From NCBI GenBank assembly GCA_043779885.1, contig JAYWDM010000244.1, positions 1-34,312 of the forward strand: DNA of 34,312 nucleotides, read 5' to 3'. The translations under genes were made by a program, and so were the position numbers. Origin of the DNA: Betaproteobacteria bacterium. Lineage in GTDB: Bacteria; Pseudomonadota; Gammaproteobacteria; Burkholderiales; SG8-41. The notes beneath the pieces were generated by a model. It did not search any database. It saw nothing but the letters and a program-made list of their open reading frames with translations, and had not been told where the DNA came from. Numbering within the stretch: the first letter of the stretch is position 1; each line of letters begins with the position of its first letter. Positions 9,939-19,118 of the stretch are shown here, piece after piece.

Positions 9939-10064
9939 CGCGGCCCCTGCGCACATAAGCCTGCCCGGCGGCGGAGCGCGTAAAATGAGCGAAGGCGATC
10001 AGGGCCGGCAACGTCATGCCGGAATACGGGGCGCGGGGACGATGGAGTGCACCGGCGCCGAAAA

Positions 10065-10106
10065 TTGACTGCGGTCAAGGCCGAAGCGTGCGGTGCGGCC
10101 TATATT
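10065..10106 (+). promoter_or_regulatory. Crp/Fnr-type box TTGACTGCGGTCAA plus -10 TATATT upstream of fhs
   Basis: Palindrome at 10065-10078, 22 nt spacer, TATATT at 10101-10106. Predicted TSS near 10113, which puts the box centre at -41.5. Confidence 0.6.
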
Positions 10107-10177
10107 GCCCAGTCCGCGGGCTCATTGCGGCAAAAACGGATTGCTGTCTAAATAAATTCTGTCGAGGATGAACCACC

Positions 10178-11854
10178 ATGGCGTTATCGGACATTGAAAT
10201 CGCGCAAGCCGCGAAGATGCAGCGCATTACCAAGGTTGCCGCGAAGATCGGCATTCCGGACGATCATCTCGTTCCGTACGGCCACTATAAAGCCAAGGTG
10301 TCGCTCGAATACGTCGACAGCCTGGCCGGCAAGAAAGACGGCAAGCTCATCCTGGTAACCGCGATCAGTCCGACGCCCGCGGGCGAGGGCAAGACCACCA
10401 CCACCGTCGGTCTGGGCGATGCGCTGAACAAGATCGGCAAGCAGACGGTGATCTGCCTGCGCGAGCCGAGCCTGGGTCCGGTGTTCGGCGTCAAGGGCGG
10501 GGCCGCCGGCGGCGGTTATGCGCAGGTCGTGCCGATGGAGGACATCAATCTGCACTTTACCGGCGACTTCAACGCGATCGCCCTTGCCAACAACCTGCTT
10601 GCGGCGGCGCTCGACAATCATATTCACCATGGCAACGCGCTCGGCATCGATGTGCGGCGCATTGCATGGAAGCGCGTAATGGACATGAACGACCGCGCAT
10701 TGCGCGACATCACGGTCGGCCTCGGCGGACCCGGCAACGGCTTTCCGCGCCAGGACGGCTTCGATATCGTGGTCGCCTCCGAAGTGATGGCGATATTCTG
10801 CCTGTCGAATTCTCTCAAGGACCTGAAGACGCGCCTGGGCAATATCGTCGTCGCCTATACGCGCGAGCAGAAGCCGGTGCTGGCCAAAGACCTGAAGGTG
10901 CACGGCGCGATGACTGTGCTCCTGAAGGACGCGCTGCAGCCGAACCTCGTGCAGACGCTTGAAAATAACCCCGCGTTCATCCACGGCGGACCGTTTGCCA
11001 ATATCGCGCACGGCTGCAACTCGGTGATCGCGACCAAGACCGCGTTGAAACTCGCCGACTACGTCGTGACCGAGGCCGGCTTCGGCGCCGATCTGGGCGC
11101 GGAAAAGTTCGTAGACATCAAATGCCGCAAGTCCGGCCTGCGGCCGTCGGCGGTGGTGATCGTGGCGACCGTGCGCGCGCTCAAGTACCATGGCGGCGTC
11201 GATCTGAAGGAGCTCAACAAGGAAAATCTTCCCGCGCTGGAAAAAGGCGTGGCCAACCTTGAACGCCACGTCAATAACATCCGCAACCATTACGGCCTGC
11301 CGTGCGTGGTCTCGATCAACCATTTCACGTTCGACACGGAGGCGGAAATCGAGCTGCTGAAGAGGAAAATGGCGCACCACGAAGCGCCGGTGATCCTTGC
11401 CAGGCATTGGGCGGAGGGCGGTGCGGGCGCGGCTGACGTCGCGCGCGCAGTGGTCGATCTGATAGAAAAAGTGCCCACCAACTTCAAGTTCGTCTACGAC
11501 GACGCGCTGCCGCTGTGGGACAAGATCAGGGCCATCGCCACCAACATCTACGGCGCGGCCGACGTCACCGCGGACAGCAAGGTGCGCGGCCAGATCAAGA
11601 AACTGCAGGACGACGGTTACGGCCATTACCCGGTGTGCGTCGCCAAGACGCAATATTCGTTTTCGACCGATCCGCAACTGCGCGGCGCGCCGTCCGGCCA
11701 CATGATCAACATTCGCGAAGTGCGGCTCGCGGCCGGCGCGGAATTCGTCGTCATGGTGTGCGGCGACGTGATGACCATGCCAGGCCTGCCGAAAGTTCCG
11801 TCGGCGGAGAAAATCGATCTCACCGACGATGGCAAGGTCGTCGGGCTGTTCTAG
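10178..11854 (+). CDS. fhs: Formate--tetrahydrofolate ligase
   Basis: 558 aa, [20 protein letters not shown]..., [15 protein letters not shown] and full-length family resemblance. Confidence 0.95.
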   Translation: MALSDIEIAQAAKMQRITKVAAKIGIPDDHLVPYGHYKAKVSLEYVDSLAGKKDGKLILVTAISPTPAGEGKTTTTVGLGDALNKIGKQTVICLREPSLGPVFGVKGGAAGGGYAQVVPMEDINLHFTGDFNAIALANNLLAAALDNHIHHGNALGIDVRRIAWKRVMDMNDRALRDITVGLGGPGNGFPRQDGFDIVVASEVMAIFCLSNSLKDLKTRLGNIVVAYTREQKPVLAKDLKVHGAMTVLLKDALQPNLVQTLENNPAFIHGGPFANIAHGCNSVIATKTALKLADYVVTEAGFGADLGAEKFVDIKCRKSGLRPSAVVIVATVRALKYHGGVDLKELNKENLPALEKGVANLERHVNNIRNHYGLPCVVSINHFTFDTEAEIELLKRKMAHHEAPVILARHWAEGGAGAADVARAVVDLIEKVPTNFKFVYDDALPLWDKIRAIATNIYGAADVTADSKVRGQIKKLQDDGYGHYPVCVAKTQYSFSTDPQLRGAPSGHMINIREVRLAAGAEFVVMVCGDVMTMPGLPKVPSAEKIDLTDDGKVVGLF

Positions 11855-12012
11855 GCGAAGATTGCGGTGTGTGCCGCGTGGCGGGATGGTTTTCGTCCCG
11901 TCGCCGCCCAAAGGCCCGTGACGCGTTCGCCTGCTCCGTGTATAGTTTTGGCCTTCGCGTGGAGCGCCGCGCGGCTTATAACGTATAACCGGCAATTCGA
12001 GGAGCTACGCGC

Positions 12013-12774
12013 ATGATCGAATATCTATCTAACCCGGTGTTCTGGGTTGGTCTCGGCCAGATCATCATCGTCAACATCGTGCTGTCGGGTGACAACGCGG
12101 TGGTGATCGCGCTCGCGGCGCGCTCGCTGCCGCCCCATCAGCAGAAGCAGGCAATAATCTGGGGATCGGTCGCCGCGATCATCATGCGCGTGATCCTGAC
12201 GATCCTCGCGGTCGAGATGCTGAAGCTGCCGTATCTGAAACTTGTTGGCGCGTTGCTGCTGTTCTGGATTGCCGTGCAATTGCTGGTGCCCGAGGATCAC
12301 GACGAAGACGGCGTCAAGAGCAGCGGCAACCTGATGGCGGCGATCCGCACCATACTGATCGCCGACCTGGTGATGAGCCTCGACAACGTGATCGGCGTGG
12401 CGGCGGCAGCCAAGGGCGACGACATACTTCTGATACTCGGTCTCGCGATCAGCATTCCGCTGATCATTTTCGGCAGCACCATTATCCTGAAGCTGATGGA
12501 CCGTTATCCGGTGATCATTACCGGTGGTGCGGCCCTGCTCGGTTGGGTGGCCGGTGAAATGCTGGTCACCGATCCGGTATTGATAGGCTGGATCGCGGCC
12601 AACATGCCGTGGATGCACATTCATCTGCCCTTGGTCGGCGAAATCAGCTGGGCGCAGATTCTGGGCGCGGCATTGGTGATCGGCGCGGGCAAATTCATGG
12701 CGGCACGTGCTGCGCATGGGGAAGTAAAAGCAGTCGATCTGGCCGCCGATGAGCAACAGACAAAGTCGGGTTGA
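12013..12774 (+). CDS. TerC/YjbE-family integral membrane protein
   Basis: 253 aa, multi-TM. Duplicated family motifs LSGDNAVVIALA and MSLDNVIGVAAAA. Confidence 0.85.
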   Translation: MIEYLSNPVFWVGLGQIIIVNIVLSGDNAVVIALAARSLPPHQQKQAIIWGSVAAIIMRVILTILAVEMLKLPYLKLVGALLLFWIAVQLLVPEDHDEDGVKSSGNLMAAIRTILIADLVMSLDNVIGVAAAAKGDDILLILGLAISIPLIIFGSTIILKLMDRYPVIITGGAALLGWVAGEMLVTDPVLIGWIAANMPWMHIHLPLVGEISWAQILGAALVIGAGKFMAARAAHGEVKAVDLAADEQQTKSG

Positions 12775-12801
12775 TCGCGGCGACTAATGGGGAGTCAGGC
12801 G

Positions 12802-13221
12802 ATGTTGAAAGTATTGATACCGGTGGATGGTTCGGACAGCTCTTTGCGCACGGTTCAGTATGTGATTCAGAAAGCGGCGCTTTACAAGGAGCCGCTTGAA
12901 CTGCACCTGCTGAATGTTCAGCGGCCGTTTCCCGGTACTATCCGCGGCGTGCACGAACAGGCGGAACAGTACCATCATGATGAAGGCATCAAGGCGCTCG
13001 CCGGCGCGCGCAAGCTACTCGACGATGCCGGGCTCAAAAACACCTATCACATCATCGTCGGCGAGGCGGGCGAGGTGATCGCCCATTTCTGCAGGGACAA
13101 GCAGATTCAGCAGGTCGTGATGGGCACGCGCGGCGCAAGTTCGGTTGCCAACATGCTGCTCGGGTCGGTCGCGACCAAAGTGCTGCATCTGGTGGAGGTG
13201 CCGGTAACGCTGGTGAAGTGA
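12802..13221 (+). CDS. Universal stress protein (UspA family)
   Basis: ORF 12787..13221. ATG 12802 lies 7 nt after GGGGAG. MLKVLIPVDGSDSS ... VVMGTRGASSVANMLLGSVATKVL. Confidence 0.85.
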   Translation: MLKVLIPVDGSDSSLRTVQYVIQKAALYKEPLELHLLNVQRPFPGTIRGVHEQAEQYHHDEGIKALAGARKLLDDAGLKNTYHIIVGEAGEVIAHFCRDKQIQQVVMGTRGASSVANMLLGSVATKVLHLVEVPVTLVK

Positions 13222-13247
13222 GCGGGCGCGGCGGAAGTTCGCAATAC

Positions 13248-13289
13248 TTGATGGCGGTCAAGTAAATTTGCTTTTGCTTTAAGTACCAT
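13248..13289 (+). promoter_or_regulatory. Crp/Fnr-type box TTGATGGCGGTCAA plus -10 TACCAT upstream of tctC
   Basis: Box at 13248-13261, 22 nt spacer, TACCAT at 13284-13289. Predicted TSS near 13296, giving a 5' UTR of about 155 nt. Confidence 0.5.
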
Positions 13290-13449
13290 GGGCGTTGGGC
13301 TGGCGACAAAGATCTGCAGGAAAGCGGACCAAGGGAGTTTTGGAGCGTGGGGGCGTCACAAAATGAGCGGATACATACCCTCACGCTCCCCAGGCGTGGC
13401 CAGTTTCGGATCAATCTGAAACAGGTTCTTACTCAGTTAGGAGGATAGG

Positions 13450-14466
13450 ATGGATAAGTCTCTGGTGTTGCGGCGCACGGTTGGGCTGGTGCTGGCAGCG
13501 GTAGTGGCAGGGGCCGCCATCCCGGCAGTCGGTGCGGGATGGGAACCTTCCAAACCAGTTGAATTCGTGGTGCCGGCCGGCACGGGCGGCGGCGCGGATC
13601 AGATGGCGCGACTGCTGCAGGGCGTGATTTCCAAGAACAACCTGATGAAGCAGCCGCTGATCGTGGTCAACAAGTCGGGCGGCGCGGGTGCGGAGGGTTT
13701 TCTCGCCGTCAAGGAATCGAAAGGTGAACCGCACAAGATCATCATCACGCTTTCCAACCTGTTCACGACTCCGCTCGCAACCGGCGTGCCTTTCAACTGG
13801 AAGGACTTGACGCCGGTAGCAATGCTGGCCCTCGACCAGTTCGTGCTGTGGGTCAACGCGGACACGCCGTACAAGACCGCGAAAGAGTATCTCGACGCGG
13901 TGAGGGCGGCCGGGCCGAGCAAGTTCAAGATGGGCGGCACCGGGTCGAAGCAGGAAGACCAGATCATCACGGTCGCGATCGAAAAGGCCGCCGGCGTCAA
14001 ATTCATCTACATACCGTTCAAGGGCGGCGGTGACGTTGCGGTGCAACTGGTCGGCAAGCACACGGATTCCAGCGTTAACAATCCGATCGAGGCGGTCGCG
14101 CAGTGGCGTGCCGGCAAGCTGCGGCCGCTGTGCGTCTTCGACGATACGCGCATGCCGTACAAGGGCAAGGTAACAGACACCATGTCGTGGAACGACATCC
14201 CGACCTGCAAGGAAGCGGGTGTGCCGACCGACTATGTCATGCTGCGCGGCATCTTCATGCCGGGCGGCGCGACCAGGGAACAGGTCGATTATTTCGTCAA
14301 TCTCTTCAAGCGCGTGCGTGAAACGCCGGAATGGAAAAAATTCATGGAAGACGGCGCCTTCAATACGACGTTCATGAGCGGTGCGGAATATGCAAAGTGG
14401 ATCGAAAAGGCGGAGAATACCCATCGCGAATTGATGCGGGAGGCGGGTTTCCTGGCCAAACCTTAA
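13450..14466 (+). CDS. tctC: Tripartite tricarboxylate transporter substrate-binding protein
   Basis: 338 aa, AGGAGG RBS and signal peptide. KPVEFVVPAGTGGGADQMAR, VNKSGGAG, IPFKGGGD. Followed by tctB and tctA. Confidence 0.9.
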   Translation: MDKSLVLRRTVGLVLAAVVAGAAIPAVGAGWEPSKPVEFVVPAGTGGGADQMARLLQGVISKNNLMKQPLIVVNKSGGAGAEGFLAVKESKGEPHKIIITLSNLFTTPLATGVPFNWKDLTPVAMLALDQFVLWVNADTPYKTAKEYLDAVRAAGPSKFKMGGTGSKQEDQIITVAIEKAAGVKFIYIPFKGGGDVAVQLVGKHTDSSVNNPIEAVAQWRAGKLRPLCVFDDTRMPYKGKVTDTMSWNDIPTCKEAGVPTDYVMLRGIFMPGGATREQVDYFVNLFKRVRETPEWKKFMEDGAFNTTFMSGAEYAKWIEKAENTHRELMREAGFLAKP

Positions 14467-14557
14467 GGGGCGCCCCTCACGACTTCGCGTGGCGCCCGCG
14501 TGCGCGGCCGCCCGCGCAGCCGCGCACAGGCCGTGAAAGCCGGGTTCCAGTACAGCC

Positions 14558-15079
14558 ATGAATGACAAAAAGCAATCTGCAACGGACGGGCGCGCCGGCA
14601 TTTCGATGCGTGCCATGGAGGTCGCGACCGCCGTTCTGCTGTTCGTGGTCGGCGCAGTCGTCGTATACGACAGCTATCGGCTGGGCTCGAAATGGGGCAG
14701 CGATGGGCCGCAGTCAGGATATTTCCCGTTCTATGTCGGGCTCCTGATCTGCGTCGCGAGCGCGGTCAATCTGGCGCAGGCTTTTTTCACCCGGTCCGCA
14801 GACAGCGAAATGTTTGTGACCTGGGGGCCGCTCAAACTGGTGTTGACGGTGCTGATTCCGGCCACGGTCTACGTGCTCGGCGTGAAATACATCGGCATAT
14901 ACGTGGCATCCGCGATCTATATCGCCGTGTTCATGGCGTATCTGGGCAAGTACTCGTGGTTGAAGAGCATTACGGTCGGTCTTGCGGTCAATACCAGTTT
15001 TTTCCTGATGTTCGAAGTGTGGTTCAAGGTGCCGCTGTTCAAGGGCAGCCTGGATCCGTTGCGCTTCCTGGGGTATTGA
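14558..15079 (+). CDS. tctB: Tripartite tricarboxylate transporter small membrane subunit
   Basis: 173 aa, 4 predicted TM segments. The position between tctC and tctA and the GYFPFYVG motif are typical of TctB. Start uncertain (14558, 14606 or 14615). Confidence 0.75.
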   Translation: MNDKKQSATDGRAGISMRAMEVATAVLLFVVGAVVVYDSYRLGSKWGSDGPQSGYFPFYVGLLICVASAVNLAQAFFTRSADSEMFVTWGPLKLVLTVLIPATVYVLGVKYIGIYVASAIYIAVFMAYLGKYSWLKSITVGLAVNTSFFLMFEVWFKVPLFKGSLDPLRFLGY

Positions 15080-15122
15080 TCATGGATAGTGCGCTCCGCT
15101 TGTCGTCGCCGGTGAACGCAGG

Positions 15123-16616
15123 ATGTTAGAACTTGGCGCGTTGTTTCACGGCTTCGCGGTCGTGCTGACCCCGTTCAATCTGCTGCTGATGATGATCGGC
15201 ATCGTGCTCGGCGTCATTATCGGCGTGCTGCCGGGCCTGGGCGGCGCCAACGGCGTCGCCATACTGCTGCCGCTCACGTTCACGATGCCGCCAACTTCCG
15301 CGATCATCATGCTGTCGTGCATTTACTGGGGCGCGCTTTTCGGCGGCGCGATTACCTCGATATTATTCAACATTCCCGGCGAGCCGTGGTCGGTCGCGAC
15401 GACGTTCGACGGCTATCCAATGGCGCAGCAGGGGCGCGCCGGCGAGGCGCTGACCGCCGCGTTCACGTCGTCGTTCGTCGGCGCGCTGGTGGCCGTGGTG
15501 ATGATCACTTTTCTGGCGCCCCTGGTTGCGCAGTTCGCGCTGCAGTTCGGCCCGCCCGAGTTCTTCGCCGTCTATTTGCTGACGTTCTGCAGTTTCATCG
15601 GCATGGGCAAGGGTTCGCCGTTCAAGACTTTGGCCGCGATGATGCTGGGTTTCGCGCTGGCGGCGGTCGGCATGGATACCGTCACCGGTCAATTGCGGCT
15701 GATTTTCGGTTTCACCGACCTCATGCGCGGCTTTGATTTTCTGATTGCGGTGATCGGGCTGTTCGGCATCGGCGAGATCCTGCTGTCGATGGAGGAGGGT
15801 TTGTCGTTCACCGGCAAAAGCGCAAAAATCGATCCCAAAGTGGTGCTCGAAACGTGGAAAAAGCTGCCGCGCTACTGGCTGACCTCGGTGAGGAGCTGCC
15901 TGATCGGCTGCTGGATGGGAATTACGCCCGGCGGCGCGACGCCCGCTTCGTTCATGAGTTACGGCGTGGCCAAGCGCATGTCGCGCAATGGCGACAAGTT
16001 CGGCACCGGCGAGATCGAAGGCGTGATCGCGCCCGAGACGGCGGCGCACGCCGCGGGCACCAGCGCGCTGCTGCCGATGCTGGCGCTCGGCATTCCCGGT
16101 TCGCCGACCGCCGCGGTGCTGCTCGGAGGCTTGCTGATCTGGGGGCTGCAGCCGGGGCCGCTGTTGTTCGTCGAGCAAAAGGATTTCGTGTGGGGCCTGA
16201 TCGCGAGCATGTATCTCGGCAATCTCGCCGGCCTGATCATCGTGCTGACCTGCGTGCCGCTGTTCGCGGCAATCCTGCGCATTCCGTTTTCGATCATCGC
16301 GCCGGTGATCATCGTCATCTGCGCGATCGGCGCCTACACGGTGCACAACGCGATGCTCGATATCTGGTTCATGCTGCTGTTCGGTGTGCTCGGCTACATA
16401 TTCAAGAAGCTCGACTATCCGCTCGCACCCTTGGTGCTGGCGCTGGTGCTCGGCGACCGCGCCGAAGATTCATTCCGCCAGTCGATGTTGATGTCGCAAG
16501 GCGAAATGGGCATTTTCTTTTCGAACTGGCTGGTCGGCGGCATCACGGCGCTGTCTTTAGTCATGCTGTTTTGGCCGTTGCTGTCCAGGCTGCTCCAGCG
16601 ACTGCGCGGGGACTGA
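15123..16616 (+). CDS. tctA: Tripartite tricarboxylate transporter large permease subunit
   Basis: 497 aa polytopic protein. GVLPGLGGANGVAILLPLTF, MLALGIPGSPTAAVLLGG. Confidence 0.9.
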   Translation: MLELGALFHGFAVVLTPFNLLLMMIGIVLGVIIGVLPGLGGANGVAILLPLTFTMPPTSAIIMLSCIYWGALFGGAITSILFNIPGEPWSVATTFDGYPMAQQGRAGEALTAAFTSSFVGALVAVVMITFLAPLVAQFALQFGPPEFFAVYLLTFCSFIGMGKGSPFKTLAAMMLGFALAAVGMDTVTGQLRLIFGFTDLMRGFDFLIAVIGLFGIGEILLSMEEGLSFTGKSAKIDPKVVLETWKKLPRYWLTSVRSCLIGCWMGITPGGATPASFMSYGVAKRMSRNGDKFGTGEIEGVIAPETAAHAAGTSALLPMLALGIPGSPTAAVLLGGLLIWGLQPGPLLFVEQKDFVWGLIASMYLGNLAGLIIVLTCVPLFAAILRIPFSIIAPVIIVICAIGAYTVHNAMLDIWFMLLFGVLGYIFKKLDYPLAPLVLALVLGDRAEDSFRQSMLMSQGEMGIFFSNWLVGGITALSLVMLFWPLLSRLLQRLRGD

Positions 16617-16631
16617 CCGCGGGAGTCGGGG

Positions 16632-17927
16632 ATGGCGCACCGTGCGCGAGGACGCCAGCATGGCCCCGGCTATCGCTGGCCGCAACTTATCCTTTGCATC
16701 ATCTGCATGGCGATGGTGGCCAACCTGCAATACGGTTGGACGTTGTTCGTCAACCCGATCGATGCCCGCTTCGGCTGGGGGCGTGCCGCGATCCAGGTAG
16801 CGTTCACGATTTTTATCCTCACCGAGACCTGGCTGATGCCGATCGACGGCTATCTCGCCGACCGTTTCGGCGCGCAGCGGGTGACCATGGCCGGCGGGGC
16901 GCTGGTTGGCATTGCGTGGGTGATGAACGCGTATGCCGGCTCGTTGATGACTCTGTACTTTTCCGCGGCGCTCGGTGGCGCGGGCGCCGGTGCTGTTTAC
17001 GGCGCTTGCATAGGCGCGGCGCTCAAGTGGTTTCCCGACCAACGCGGGCTTGCCGCAGGGCTCACCGCGGCCGGCTTCGGCACTGTCTCAGCGCTTACCC
17101 TGCTGCCAATCCAGGCCATGATCAAGTCGAGCGGTTATGAGACTGCCTTCCTGTATTTCGGCATCGGCCAGGGGCTGATCGTTTGTCTGGCCTCGTTCGG
17201 TCTTGCGCCGCCGCGGGAAGCGGGGTCGCGTCCAGTAACGACCGCAGCGCAGTATGCGACGCGCAACTACCGGCCGCTGCAGGTCGTGCAAACACCGGTG
17301 TTCTGGGTGATGTACCTGATTTTTGCGTTGATGGCGGCGGGCGGCTTGATCGCAGCCGCGCAGCTCGCGCCGATTGCCAAGGATTTCAGGATCGCCGACA
17401 TGCCGGTATCGATACTCGGTCTGACGCTTCCCGCGCTGTCGTTTGCACTGGCTATCGACCGGGTGTTCAACGGTCTCTCGCGGCCGTTTTTCGGCTGGGT
17501 ATCCGACCGCATCGGGCGCGAAAACACCATGTTCATTGCATTTGGCATAGAGGCGGTCTGTATCCTCGCGCTGGCCCGGTTCGGCGGGGATCCTGTCATG
17601 TTCGTGTTGCTCGCCGGCGTGGCATTCTTCGCGTGGGGCGAAATCTACAGTCTGTTGCCGGCGACCTGCGCCGACTCCTTCGGTTCGCAATACGCCGCGG
17701 CCAACGCGGGTTTGCTCTACACCGCAAAAGGCGCCGCGTCGCTGCTGGTGCCGGTGTCCAGCCTGCTGACCGATGCGACGGGGAATTGGCATGCCGTGTG
17801 TTACGTCGCGGCGGGATTGAACGCCGTGGCCGCGGTTACCGCGCTCGCGGTGCTCAAACCGATGCGCGCGCGGCAGCTCGCCGCGGACAGATCGCGGGAG
17901 CCGCAGCACGCGCCGAAGGCGGGGTAA
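16632..17927 (+). CDS. oxlT: MFS oxalate:formate antiporter (OxlT family)
   Basis: 431 aa. Aligns along its length with Oxalobacter OxlT as I recall it (QYGWTLF, KWFPDQRGLAAGLTAAGFG, FNGLSRPFFGWVSDRIGR, FFAWGEIYSLLPAT). Starts only 15 nt after the tctA stop. Confidence 0.85.
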   Translation: MAHRARGRQHGPGYRWPQLILCIICMAMVANLQYGWTLFVNPIDARFGWGRAAIQVAFTIFILTETWLMPIDGYLADRFGAQRVTMAGGALVGIAWVMNAYAGSLMTLYFSAALGGAGAGAVYGACIGAALKWFPDQRGLAAGLTAAGFGTVSALTLLPIQAMIKSSGYETAFLYFGIGQGLIVCLASFGLAPPREAGSRPVTTAAQYATRNYRPLQVVQTPVFWVMYLIFALMAAGGLIAAAQLAPIAKDFRIADMPVSILGLTLPALSFALAIDRVFNGLSRPFFGWVSDRIGRENTMFIAFGIEAVCILALARFGGDPVMFVLLAGVAFFAWGEIYSLLPATCADSFGSQYAAANAGLLYTAKGAASLLVPVSSLLTDATGNWHAVCYVAAGLNAVAAVTALAVLKPMRARQLAADRSREPQHAPKAG

Positions 17928-17960
17928 GAGCGCTGGTTGTGCATTCCGCGGCGCTCTGCG

Positions 17961-18155
17961 CTAGCGCGGATACGGGGCGGTAATTTGCTCCGTTTTCGCA
18001 AGCTCGACCTCCGCCGCAATCAGTCCGTAGGTCACCAGGAGCACCGCCAGCGTTGCCAGCACGCGTTTGGTCGTGTGCCAGAACAAATTTGACACCGTCA
18101 TTACCTGGATCAGCAGGATCGATTCGTGCAGGGCATATTGGATAGTGCGTTGCAT
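17961..18155 (-). CDS. Hypothetical small membrane protein (64 aa)
   Basis: Internal ATG of ORF 17961..18425(-), preceded by GAGGAG at good spacing. MQRTIQYALHESILLIQVMTVSNLFWHTTKRVLATLAVLLVTYGLIAAEVELAKTEQITAPYPR, with one clear TM segment. No family recognised. Confidence 0.35.
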   Translation of the reverse strand: MQRTIQYALHESILLIQVMTVSNLFWHTTKRVLATLAVLLVTYGLIAAEVELAKTEQITAPYPR

Positions 18156-18279
18156 GGCGTCTCCTCGTTGGGCTGGTTTGGGGTAAGAATCTGCCGCGGC
18201 TGCCGGAAGTTGCGCCAGTGACCGCGTGAGACCATTGTCAGCGCAGGTGCCGGTGAAGAAAATCAGCTTGAGGTAATAA

Positions 18280-18297
18280 GCCGCCCGTATGGGCGGC
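18280..18297 (-). terminator. Possible terminator hairpin downstream of the Crp/Fnr gene
   Basis: GCCGCCC-ATAC-GGGCGGC on the minus strand, followed by TTATTA. The T-tract is weak. Confidence 0.3.
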
Positions 18298-18398
18298 GGC
18301 CGGCCGGCAGGCCCGGCGCAATGCGCGAAGCCGCCGCCAGCGCGGAACTGCGGGGAGTGGCGTGCGCGCGGTGGCGTGGCGGCCGGTTGCGAAGTGGT

Positions 18399-18418
18399 GC
18401 TATGACCTAGGTCATAGC
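18399..18418. repeat. Perfect 20-bp palindrome GCTATGACCTAGGTCATAGC
   Basis: Read directly from the sequence. Lies 14 nt beyond the stop of the Crp/Fnr gene. Confidence 0.9.
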
Positions 18419-18431
18419 GGGTCACGCCTGC

Positions 18432-19040
18432 TCAGATTTTGCCGCGTTTTTTCAGCCGGGATAGAGTTTCGGGCGACAAATTCAGATAGGACGCGAGTTC
18501 TTTTTTTGGCAGCCGTTCAACCAGCGCCGCGTGCTTGCGCGTAAAGCGCGCGACGCGCCCCGGGGCGTCGAGCAAATGCAGCGTAATGGTGTGCGCCATC
18601 ACTTCGCTCATCAGTTTCATCACCTCGAATTCGAAGCCGTTCTTGACCGCCGGATGCCGATCGATAAACGCGACCCATTCCTCCATGGGCAGCCGTGCCG
18701 TGCGCGCACGCGTGACCGCGCGTATCGAGTAAGGGATCGGGGTTTTCAGCCGCCATGCCGCATAGCTGGTATCGATTTCGGTTTCGGCCGCAAAACGCAG
18801 GATCATTTCCTTGCCGGCCCGCGTTGACACGACGCGCTTCAGGATGCCGTCGAGGATGAAATACTGTTGCATCGACGAGGCCCCCTGGTTTTCGAGCGGC
18901 GCGCCTTTGGCGTAGTCCGTTATGTCGACCAGCGGTTCGAACTCGTCCCATTGCTGGCGGTTGAGCGATTTCAACACCAGATTCTGACGCAGTTGCAGCC
19001 GCACTATCGTAGCTTCCGGGTGGCGGGCGAGCGAAGTCAT
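18432..19040 (-). CDS. Crp/Fnr-family transcriptional regulator (cNMP-binding-like effector domain plus C-terminal HTH), cysteine-free
   Basis: 202 aa. HTH KKELASYLNLSPETLSRLKK has the FNR-type E--SR recognition helix. The protein has no Cys at all, so no FNR-like Fe-S cluster. Divergent from oxc. Confidence 0.85.
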   Translation of the reverse strand: MTSLARHPEATIVRLQLRQNLVLKSLNRQQWDEFEPLVDITDYAKGAPLENQGASSMQQYFILDGILKRVVSTRAGKEMILRFAAETEIDTSYAAWRLKTPIPYSIRAVTRARTARLPMEEWVAFIDRHPAVKNGFEFEVMKLMSEVMAHTITLHLLDAPGRVARFTRKHAALVERLPKKELASYLNLSPETLSRLKKRGKI

Positions 19041-19118
19041 GAGTTGGGAAAGGGCGCTGTTGGAGTCGTTACGTCAGAGGGAATGCAGTGCCCGTTGAGT
19101 ATACCAAAACATGAAAAA

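Noticed and set aside
11855-12012. Possible yybP-ykoY (manganese) riboswitch upstream of the TerC-family gene
   Set aside because: I could not find the conserved four-way-junction core sequences by eye. A covariance-model scan would be needed, so there is no positive evidence.
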